The notes under the pieces are model-generated. The model was not told the origin of the DNA. It was given only the letters and a program-made list of their open reading frames with translations, and made no database searches. A stretch of 32,000 nucleotides of DNA from Terriglobia bacterium (GTDB taxonomy: Bacteria; Acidobacteriota; Terriglobia; Terriglobales; Acidobacteriaceae), in contig CAVTBJ010000006.1 in assembly GCA_963732925.1 (NCBI GenBank), positions 170,992 through 202,991 on the forward strand. The letters run 5' to 3'. Made by a program: the position numbers and the translations under genes. Each line of letters begins with the position of its first letter. Position 1 is the first letter of the stretch. Of the stretch, positions 25,151-32,000 are shown one piece after another.

Positions 25151-27139
25151 TCACTGTCGCAGGGAAGACGTTTTCGTTTGCGCTTTCATTTTGTTAAAAA
25201 AGATGAAGGTGCCCATGGCTCCGGAGACGGCGATATCTGGCGTGCCGTCGCCGTTCAGATCTGCGACTGCGAAGGAGGCGCCCACGCCCGAGTTGTTATC
25301 CACGAGTTCGGGTACGAACTCGGCTCCGCCCGGAGCCTTGGGATTACGCACCGTGCGGTAGACATATACAACAGGCGCACCGAAAGGATCAGGATCGGTC
25401 AATGAGAACAGATGCGACATGGGGCGCTTGCCCACGATCAGGTCCGGGATTCCGTCTCCATTCATGTCGGCAAAGCTCGTAGCGTGCGGTTCCGTAAAGA
25501 TGACGTTGCCGGCGTTTTTGGTCAGGAAGTTGTCCATAATCATGTGTCGCACGAAGGAAATCTTCCCTTCCGCATCGCGTTTCTGCTCGAACCAGGCCAG
25601 ACCGAAGGCATGCCCTTCCATGGAGGTCACGACGTCATTCAGACCGTCGCCATTGACGTCGTAGACGCCGATCTCGGCTCCGCCAGGTCCACCCTGGGAG
25701 TAGCCCCAGCGCCCGAACTCGGCCGGGTGATAAGTCCACAGTTTCTGGCCGCTGCCTTTTGCCGGCTGTTCCCACCAGCCGTAGCAATTGATGAAATCCA
25801 TGCGCCCGTCGCCGTTGATGTCACCCACGCCCAGCCCGTGGCCGATATAGGTGCCCCAGGGTCCGGGCTCCGAGATGATGGTGGTCTTCCAGGGACCAGT
25901 TGGATTTGCCGGGTCAGGCTTCGAGTAGGCGAGGACGTTGTTGTTTAGCGAGTGAATCAGCTCGGGTTTGCCGTCCCCGTCAATGTCCTTCAGTAAGGTT
26001 TCCTCGTTGCCAATGCGCTTCAGCACCACGTAATGATCCCAATGGCGCGATTCGCCCCGGGGATTTACGTATAAAGTGACGGTGCTGATCCCGGCATTGC
26101 CGCTCATCAGTAGGATGTCTGGCCATCCGTCTCCGGTAAAGTCGTAGGCAACACTTACGATCGAAACCTGGGGATACTCGGTGGCGGGGTTGTAAACGAC
26201 CGGCGTGTAGAACTCGTGCGCTGTCGTAAAGTCGGGTCCCAGGTAGTAATAAGGTCCGGCGATCACGTCGGGATGACCATCGCGGTTGATATCGGCAATG
26301 GCGGCCGTCCAGGAGTAATAGAAATCGGAGAGGCGGCGCATTTCGAAGTTCGGGCCAACCCGTTCGACGGGAATTTCCCGGGCCAGCAGATCCTTATATC
26401 GAACATTTCGAAACCGCGCTTCGCCGCTGCCGCCCACGTAGAGCGCAATAGGACCGTAACTGCCGTCCTGGTTCGGGGCGATGCTGTTGGCCAGGGGACT
26501 GTCCGGCCCTGGGCGCGCGCCATTGAGGTACGGATGGAGCGCGTCTCCATAGAGAAGAACGTCGATCTGGTTCCACGCACCCGCATGAAACTTCCCGACC
26601 GGTCGCTCCAGTTCGGGCAGGCTTATGCCGGCGGGTAAAGGAGTTATCTTGCTGTCGCGCAGGGTCTGCGTGATTTCCGGCGGACTGTTGCCCATTGTCG
26701 AAGCCAAGCCACCGTCGCCGTTACCCGGCTGCAGCTTTGCGCGTGAGACTTCGCGGCCCTGGGCGTCGATTTTCACTGCGAACGCGCCCAAGTCATTTCC
26801 GGTAAGGGAAACGTAGATTCCCTTCATGCCTCCATCAGCCGTCTTTTCGGCACGGAACAGCATTCCCGCCTTGCATCCACCGGTGCACATGACCTCGGCA
26901 TAAACCCCGACGTTGGAAAATGACTTGTCGAGCAGCAGCCACCCGCCACCCGCTCTTGGAGTACCGACAATTTCGTTGTTCTGGGCCTTCCACGTCGCCT
27001 GTCCCAGCGGGCGCCACCCTGTAAGGCTGGATCCCCGAAAAATGTAATCTGCACGGAAATTGGGTCCGTCCGCCAGTGCAGGAAACAGAAACAGCAAGAC
27101 CAATCCAGTAATAATCGCAATACGACATGTCGGAGTCAT
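25151..27139 (-). CDS. Secreted DUF1080 plus FG-GAP/VCBS repeat protein, paralog 2
   Basis: The architecture matches 22839-24866. Long identical stretches are shared, for example FGLAWFEQKR..GKISFVRHMIMD.F.TKNAGNVIFTEPH. I prefer ATG 27139 (GGGAGAAGG 6 nt upstream; MTPTCRIAIITGLVLLFLFPALA). Confidence 0.85.
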   Translation of the reverse strand: MTPTCRIAIITGLVLLFLFPALADGPNFRADYIFRGSSLTGWRPLGQATWKAQNNEIVGTPRAGGGWLLLDKSFSNVGVYAEVMCTGGCKAGMLFRAEKTADGGMKGIYVSLTGNDLGAFAVKIDAQGREVSRAKLQPGNGDGGLASTMGNSPPEITQTLRDSKITPLPAGISLPELERPVGKFHAGAWNQIDVLLYGDALHPYLNGARPGPDSPLANSIAPNQDGSYGPIALYVGGSGEARFRNVRYKDLLAREIPVERVGPNFEMRRLSDFYYSWTAAIADINRDGHPDVIAGPYYYLGPDFTTAHEFYTPVVYNPATEYPQVSIVSVAYDFTGDGWPDILLMSGNAGISTVTLYVNPRGESRHWDHYVVLKRIGNEETLLKDIDGDGKPELIHSLNNNVLAYSKPDPANPTGPWKTTIISEPGPWGTYIGHGLGVGDINGDGRMDFINCYGWWEQPAKGSGQKLWTYHPAEFGRWGYSQGGPGGAEIGVYDVNGDGLNDVVTSMEGHAFGLAWFEQKRDAEGKISFVRHMIMDNFLTKNAGNVIFTEPHATSFADMNGDGIPDLIVGKRPMSHLFSLTDPDPFGAPVVYVYRTVRNPKAPGGAEFVPELVDNNSGVGASFAVADLNGDGTPDIAVSGAMGTFIFFNKMKAQTKTSSLRQ

Positions 27140-27206
27140 AGCCAGCCTTCTCCCTCTCATGGAGCCTTTTGCTAATTGCAGGCCGCAGGGCTAGACGGCC
27201 GTTCAA

Positions 27207-28142
27207 TCAGTCGAGCCGCCCGCCAGCCCACAGAATGGCATTGCGGACAAATTTACGAAAAGCAGGATTGCGATGAGTTTCCTGCGACTGGCCGGGCTGA
27301 ATGCAAACTACCCGTGCGTTCTGATTCGGTCCCACCCAGGCGACAACTCGATCACTGCTGCCGCTGGTGGTCTCCAGCAGCGGGGAGATCTTCGAGGACT
27401 GCCACATCCCCTTGAAAGCCGTTTCGCCGCCGAGCCGCATCGGCGGAAGATCGCGCACGATGGGATGGTTGCCCACAGGACGAACCTCCATCGTTATGTT
27501 AGGCGCGATGCTCGACTTTGTCATTCCGTCGTGATCTTTCAACACGAGTTGACCGCCGGTCACTTCTTGGTACCACCACGGCCAGCTCTGGTTATCACCA
27601 AGCGCATGGTGAATGATGACGAATCCCTTCTTCTGACTGACTGCGGTTTGTGCCGCCTTCTGTCCATCCTCTGGCCAATCTGTCTGATCGTTGGCTACGA
27701 GGACGCTGAAAACCGGGGCCCCGTTTGGCAAAAGCGAACGAATTCCGGTTTCGATTTGGCTACTGGGAATCCAGGGGATGTCGGGAGGAGTATCGACCAC
27801 GATCGGCTTGGCGTTGCCGAATCCGGGAATCGCGGGAGCGGGAGGCGGCGGTGAAGGTGTGCTCGGCGGGCGGGGGTCGGAAATATCAAAAGGGTTGTAG
27901 CCGCTGTATCCGCCCACGGGCAGATCGGCCGGCACAACCTCCATCTGGACAAACATGGGATCCAAAAACATAGCTGGAAAGGAAGGACGGTATCGGGCTC
28001 CACCCGTAACGTAACGTACCCACAGCTTCCAGAGCATGTCGTCTGCCCCAAACGCAAAGGACGACAGACCTAATGCCATTGCGCTGCCCGCGGCAGCCCC
28101 CAGGAGGGCGCGGCGGCTAAGAACTGATTCGCTTAACTTCAT
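27207..28142 (-). CDS. Tat-signal ThuA-like domain protein, type B (with Pro-rich insert), copy 1
   Basis: The twin-arginine signal is SRRALLGAAAGSAMALGL. The ThuA-like core reads FVIIHHALGDNQSWPWWYQEVTGG ... ARVVCIQPGQSQETHRNPAFRKFVRNAILWAGG. I prefer the start at ATG 28142 (AGGGGA 8 nt upstream). ATG 28193 is the alternative. Confidence 0.8.
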   Translation of the reverse strand: MKLSESVLSRRALLGAAAGSAMALGLSSFAFGADDMLWKLWVRYVTGGARYRPSFPAMFLDPMFVQMEVVPADLPVGGYSGYNPFDISDPRPPSTPSPPPPAPAIPGFGNAKPIVVDTPPDIPWIPSSQIETGIRSLLPNGAPVFSVLVANDQTDWPEDGQKAAQTAVSQKKGFVIIHHALGDNQSWPWWYQEVTGGQLVLKDHDGMTKSSIAPNITMEVRPVGNHPIVRDLPPMRLGGETAFKGMWQSSKISPLLETTSGSSDRVVAWVGPNQNARVVCIQPGQSQETHRNPAFRKFVRNAILWAGGRLD

Positions 28143-28197
28143 CGGCTGTGTCCCCTGAATATCGATTGTGGCCCCCAAATCAGAATGCGGCATCCCC

Positions 28198-28980
28198 CTA
28201 GGTCAGCTTCCCTCCTGCCCACAGAATCATATTGTGCACAAGCTTGCGATAGCGCGGATCGTCATTCACGAAGGCCGTATGGCCGGACTGCCAACAGACA
28301 ACTCGTGCCTTAGGATGCAAGCCAAGCCATGCAATCGCGCCATCATTGACTTTCTTCAGGTCCGGATCATCAGAACGCAACAGTACCTGCGCTTTAGAAG
28401 AAAACCACATGTTGTAAAACAGTTCGTCCCGTGGAAGCTCAAAGGGTTCAATCCCGCGCACGATGGGGTGGTCTGTCACGGGAGTTAAGTGTTGCCTTGG
28501 CAATTGCTTCAGTCCGGAACGCTTCTTGCCCGGAAGGTCGAGTTGAAGCAGTGCTCCGCCTAGAACGTTTTCATACCACCACGGCCAGGTCTGGTTATCG
28601 CCCACCGAGTGGTGCAGCACCACCAAGCCCTTGCCTGCGTCGAGATATTTCTGCATCTCTACACGATCATCTTCCGGCCAACCGCCGGTGATGTAATCTC
28701 CCAGTACGACCACCTCGGGTCCGTCCGCCTGGTTGAGCGTTTTGAACGGATGTGGATGAGGGAGAACCCAGGTATCGAAATCGCCAAACATCGGGTCATC
28801 AAACATCTGATACTGCTGCAGTGGGACGGTATGGCTGCCGGTTGTGTATTGCACTCGCAGCAACCGTTCGCTGGGCGGGCTCTGCGCAACTGGCGCCGAG
28901 CAACCTTCCGACACCAAGGCCGGCAACACTGCGGCCGCCAGGGCCGCTCCCAGAAAGTTACGTCGCGACGGAACAGGCAT
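28198..28980 (-). CDS. Tat-signal ThuA-like domain protein, type A, copy 1
   Basis: The twin-arginine motif is SRRNFLGAALAAA. The ThuA-like core reads LLRVQYTTGSH, VVVLGDY, LVVLHHSVGDNQTWPWWYENVLGG, ARVVCWQSGHTAFVNDDPRYRKLVHNMILWAGG. AAGGAG lies 6 nt upstream of ATG 28980. Confidence 0.85.
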   Translation of the reverse strand: MPVPSRRNFLGAALAAAVLPALVSEGCSAPVAQSPPSERLLRVQYTTGSHTVPLQQYQMFDDPMFGDFDTWVLPHPHPFKTLNQADGPEVVVLGDYITGGWPEDDRVEMQKYLDAGKGLVVLHHSVGDNQTWPWWYENVLGGALLQLDLPGKKRSGLKQLPRQHLTPVTDHPIVRGIEPFELPRDELFYNMWFSSKAQVLLRSDDPDLKKVNDGAIAWLGLHPKARVVCWQSGHTAFVNDDPRYRKLVHNMILWAGGKLT

Positions 28981-29120
28981 CCGGTGCTCCTTTAGAACGA
29001 CAAACCGTTCGGCATACCCAAACGTTGTGGACGATATTGCTCTAACACAAGCCTCTTTGCTCTCTCTGAAATTACGTTCCCTCTGTGACGTCTGCTACAA
29101 GAGGCCCTTTAGCGAGTCCC

Positions 29121-30074
29121 TCAGTCCAGCCGCCGACCGGCCCAGAGAATTGCATTGCGAACCAGTTTGCGAAACTCAGGGTTGCGATGGGTTTCCGAAG
29201 ACTGGCCCGGCTGAATGCAAACGACACGGGCGTTTTGATTGGGTCCAACCCACGCCACTACGCGGTCACTAGCAGTGGACGAAGTCTCCAGCAGAGGCGT
29301 AATCTTCGGCGATTGCCACATGCCTTTGTACGCGGTTTCACCGGTCAGATGAAGCGGCCCGATATCCTGCACGATAGAATGGTTTCCAGGCCGACGGAGA
29401 TCCAGCGTTACGTTCGGAGTTACGGTCCCTTTCTTTATGCCGTCATGATCTTTGAGAGCAAGATGGCCGCCCGCAATCTCCTGGTACCATGCCGGCCACG
29501 TTTGATTGTCCGCCAGAGCATTGTGAAACACGACAATCCCCTTACCCGCCGCTACCGCTTGCTGAACATTTTCGCGGGCCTCCTCGGGCCAGTCTGTTTG
29601 GTCGTTCAGCAGCAGAACGCTAAATTCGGGATTTCCGCCTGGCATTAGCGTACGGACGCCCGCCTGCACGGAACTGCTGGGAATCCAAGGCAAGTCCGGC
29701 GGATTGCCCTCAAGAATTGCAGGAGCATTCCCCGTGGGCGGCAACCCGGAGCTCGTCCGCGCCTCACCGGGATTCGCGGGTCCCCGGCCACGTCCTCCGC
29801 GCCCGAACCCAGGAGGAGCAAGGCTGAGGTTGTTTGGCATATCGGACGGTCCAACTTCGATTTCGACAAACATCGGGTCCAGGAACATTGCCGCGAAGGA
29901 AGGCCGATACGGTGCATGCCCGGTGACGTAGCGGGCCCACACCTTCCACAGCTTGTCACTATCTGTTGCGAAACTGATGGCAGGAACCGCACTCAATGCT
30001 GCGGCTCCGGCCGCGGCACCAAGAAACCCGCGGCGAGACATTTCAGGCAAACTCATATTGGTCATGGTAGTCAC
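29121..30074 (-). CDS. Tat-signal ThuA-like domain protein, type B (with Gly/Arg/Pro-rich insert), copy 2
   Basis: The twin-arginine motif is MSRRGFLGAAAGAAA. The core is collinear with 27207-28142 (IVVFHNALADNQTWPAWYQEIAGG ... ARVVCIQPGQSSETHRNPEFRKLVRNAILWAG). The start is uncertain: GTG 30074, ATG 30065 or ATG 30056. Confidence 0.8.
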   Translation of the reverse strand: MTTMTNMSLPEMSRRGFLGAAAGAAALSAVPAISFATDSDKLWKVWARYVTGHAPYRPSFAAMFLDPMFVEIEVGPSDMPNNLSLAPPGFGRGGRGRGPANPGEARTSSGLPPTGNAPAILEGNPPDLPWIPSSSVQAGVRTLMPGGNPEFSVLLLNDQTDWPEEARENVQQAVAAGKGIVVFHNALADNQTWPAWYQEIAGGHLALKDHDGIKKGTVTPNVTLDLRRPGNHSIVQDIGPLHLTGETAYKGMWQSPKITPLLETSSTASDRVVAWVGPNQNARVVCIQPGQSSETHRNPEFRKLVRNAILWAGRRLD

Positions 30075-30098
30075 TTATCAGCTGCTTCCAAGCTGCTA

Positions 30099-30872
30099 CT
30101 AGGAAGTCAGCTTTTCTCCTGCCCAAAGAATCATCCGGTGAACAATGTGGCGGTATCTCGGATCGCTATTAACAAAGTCCGTGTGTCCGGATTGCCAGCA
30201 CACTACCCGAGCCTTGGGATGCAATCCGATCCAGCCAATTGCACCATCATTGACCTTCTTCAGGTCGGGATCATCGGAACGGAGTATCACCTGGGCTTTT
30301 GGCGAAAACCACATGTTGTAAAACAATTCGTCCTCGGGAAGCGTAAACGGCTTCAGGCCCCGTACAATCGGGTGATCTCCTACCGGAATAATTTGCTGGC
30401 GTGGAAATTGCTTCAACCCGGAACGCGGCATTCCCGGCAGCTCACGCTGTATGAGAGCACCGCCCAGAACCTGTTCGTACCACCACGGCCAAGTCTGGTT
30501 GTCACCAACGGAATGATGCAGCACCACCAGACCTTTACCCGAGTCGAGGTATTTCTGCATGTGCGGGCGGTCTTCCTCCGGCCAGCCGGCGGTCTCATAG
30601 TCTCCCAGCACAATTACATCTGGGCCGCCGGGATCGTTGATCGTGTCAAACGGATGGGGATGCGGAACAACCCAGGTATCGAAGTCCCGAAACGTGACAT
30701 CGTCGAACATTTCATACTGCTGCAGAGGCACGGTGTGACTTCCCGTCGTGTACTGAACCCGAAGCACTGCATTCTGCCTGTTTCGGTTGGACTGAGAGAA
30801 AAACGGAAGTCTCGATAGGACTGCGGTTCCTGCCGCCGCTGCCAGGAAAGTCCTGCGAGAAATCTCTGACAT
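30099..30872 (-). CDS. Tat-signal ThuA-like domain protein, type A, copy 2
   Basis: I prefer ATG 30872 (GGAGGA upstream; MSEISRRTFLAAAAGTAVL) over the long track ORF that starts at 31055. It is collinear with 28198-28980 and highly similar (LRVQYTTGSHTVPLQQY.MFDD, LVVLHHSVGDNQTWPWWYE.VLGG, DDPDLKKVNDGAI.W.GLHPKARVVCWQSGHT). Confidence 0.85.
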   Translation of the reverse strand: MSEISRRTFLAAAAGTAVLSRLPFFSQSNRNRQNAVLRVQYTTGSHTVPLQQYEMFDDVTFRDFDTWVVPHPHPFDTINDPGGPDVIVLGDYETAGWPEEDRPHMQKYLDSGKGLVVLHHSVGDNQTWPWWYEQVLGGALIQRELPGMPRSGLKQFPRQQIIPVGDHPIVRGLKPFTLPEDELFYNMWFSPKAQVILRSDDPDLKKVNDGAIGWIGLHPKARVVCWQSGHTDFVNSDPRYRHIVHRMILWAGEKLTS

Positions 30873-30948
30873 ATATATCCTCCGGTTCGCAGCCCTGTAA
30901 TCGGCTGCTAAACAAGCACACACCTGCAACAGACAAAAAGCAGGAGCC

Positions 30949-30976
30949 GGTCCCGGGAAATGGCTCTCCCGGGACC
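30949..30976 (-). terminator. Candidate intrinsic terminator hairpin downstream of the partial TonB-dependent receptor gene
   Basis: A perfect 10-bp stem GGTCCCGGGA / TCCCGGGACC has an 8-nt loop and lies 15 nt past the stop codon at 30991. On the minus strand a CTTTTTGT tract follows, but only after an 11-nt spacer, so this is not a textbook terminator. Confidence 0.4.
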
Positions 30977-30990
30977 ACTCGGTTTGCGTC

Positions 30991-32000
30991 CTAGAACGAG
31001 AAGCGCATGGCGAACTCAAACGTTCTCGGGTCGGTTGCGCCGTTGACACGGCCAAAGGTTGAGCTTCCCACCTGGGTATTCACGCTGGAATACGAAAGAT
31101 GGTTGAAGGCGTTGAACATTTCCGCTCGAAAATTGAGATTCAACTGCTCCGTGATGTGGACATCCTTGGCGGCAGTGATATCCCAATTGCTGATTCGCGG
31201 ACCGTGGAATGCAAAGGGTCCGGCGTTCCCAAAGGTTCCCGCCGTTGGAAGCGCGAAAGCGGCAGGATTGAGAAACTGAGTACGGTTCGTATTGGCAAAG
31301 GGGTCGCCGGTCAGATTCGCACGCTGCACAAACCCGGGAGCGTTGCCTCCGTTCACCTGGAAAGAAGCTGCCGGGTCGACACCAACTCCGGCGAGGTCCT
31401 GGCTGACATAGGCATTCAGCGGCCAGCCCGAGGTGTATTGCGTGATCCCCGTCAGCGACCATCCGCCAAATGCTTTCTTGTACCAGAGGTCCTGATTGCG
31501 CCAGAACGGCAGCGGGTAGTTGTAGCTGACGGTGAGCACTTGCGGCCGGTTGAAAGGAGCCGGACCGTAGTCGCCATGGAGGTTGTAGCTGTCCCTCGGA
31601 ATGTAGAAGGCATCATAATCATCGGTCAGGTTCCTCGACCAGGTATACGACACCCTCAGATTACCTTCACCTGCCATCTTCTTCTGCAACTGGGCCTGGA
31701 AGGAGTGATAGTTCCAAATTCCTCCGTTTGTCAGCCTGTAAATGTCGGCATATCCCGGGTAGGGGCGCAGGGCATTGGCGTTGACGCCGGGATGCGCCTG
31801 GATCGTGCCCACGGGAAGCTGATTAATATCCTGGGAGTAGGTCAAATTCTCGCCGCGCGAACCGGCATAATACACCTCGAGCACGGTACTCGCTCCAAAG
31901 GAGCGTTGTACCCCGAGAGTCCAGTTCATAATGCGCGGATTTATCAGGCTGGGATCTATCGACCGGGAAACGGTAACTGGGAGCTTCGGGGAGGTTCCGC
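30991..32000 (-). CDS. TonB-dependent receptor-like outer-membrane protein, C-terminal part (5' end lies outside the window)
   Basis: The minus-strand frame stays open from 31929 to base 32000 (GTSPKLPVTVSRSIDPSLINPRI precedes the track Met). It has beta-barrel-type alternating sequence, and its C-terminal motif FRAEMFNAFNH...FEFAMRFSF parallels the other two receptors. Confidence 0.85.
   Translation of the reverse strand, partial: GTSPKLPVTVSRSIDPSLINPRIMNWTLGVQRSFGASTVLEVYYAGSRGENLTYSQDINQLPVGTIQAHPGVNANALRPYPGYADIYRLTNGGIWNYHSFQAQLQKKMAGEGNLRVSYTWSRNLTDDYDAFYIPRDSYNLHGDYGPAPFNRPQVLTVSYNYPLPFWRNQDLWYKKAFGGWSLTGITQYTSGWPLNAYVSQDLAGVGVDPAASFQVNGGNAPGFVQRANLTGDPFANTNRTQFLNPAAFALPTAGTFGNAGPFAFHGPRISNWDITAAKDVHITEQLNLNFRAEMFNAFNHLSYSSVNTQVGSSTFGRVNGATDPRTFEFAMRFSF

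Noticed and set aside
29916-30818. 300-aa plus-strand ORF; similarly 27273-27854, 28609-28995 and 29085-29648 on the plus strand
   Set aside because: These are antisense to the ThuA-like genes, which have Tat signals, SD sequences and paralog conservation on the minus strand.
1-32000. CRISPR arrays, rRNA genes, and integrase, transposase or IS elements
   Set aside because: I saw no regularly spaced short direct repeats and no rRNA-like sequence. No ORF has tyrosine- or serine-recombinase or DDE motifs. The only repeats are the three diverged tRNA-half-headed units.

Overview
GC-rich bacterial chromosomal window. The gene content suggests Acidobacteriota: three TonB-dependent receptors with N-terminal carboxypeptidase-regulatory-like domains, DUF1080/FG-GAP proteins and Tat-exported ThuA-like proteins. 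This taxonomic call is inference only.

Layout:
- (i) 1-3.5 kb: a sugar module of GH15 glucoamylase and an MFS sugar porter, ending in a truncated acetate kinase remnant.
- (ii) 3.6-13.2 kb: an accessory-looking block. It holds a Crp/Fnr regulator and a truncated tRNA-Ser(GCU) 3' half. That half heads a noncoding repeat family of about 230-310 nt: two tandem copies at 4.56-5.1 kb and a third at 12.84-13.16 kb, all in the same orientation. The block also holds a PilZ protein, a TonB-dependent receptor and a minus-strand operon. The operon starts with a 59-aa cysteine-rich signal-peptide ORF that is absent from the ORF track, followed by a 7-TM protein and a single-TM protein. Next to it lie a small hypothetical gene and an XRE/S24-like repressor.
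- (iii) 13.3-14.6 kb: a secreted protein with two retropepsin-like DTG motifs.
- (iv) 14.9-19.3 kb: a light/UV-stress-like cluster of XRE-cupin regulator, DUF378, class II photolyase, TspO and an SDR-DUF2867 protein split by a frameshift.
- (v) 19.5-32 kb: a long minus-strand envelope locus of TonB-dependent receptor (partial), two tandem pairs of Tat-signal ThuA-like proteins, two tandem DUF1080+FG-GAP paralogs, and another TonB-dependent receptor.

I found no CRISPR array, no rRNA, no intact tRNA, and no integrase or transposase.

The most interesting items are the unannotated peptide/7-TM operon, the tRNA-half-headed repeat family, and the duplicated ThuA-pair / DUF1080 locus. All functional calls rest on motif recognition by eye. 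No database search was run.
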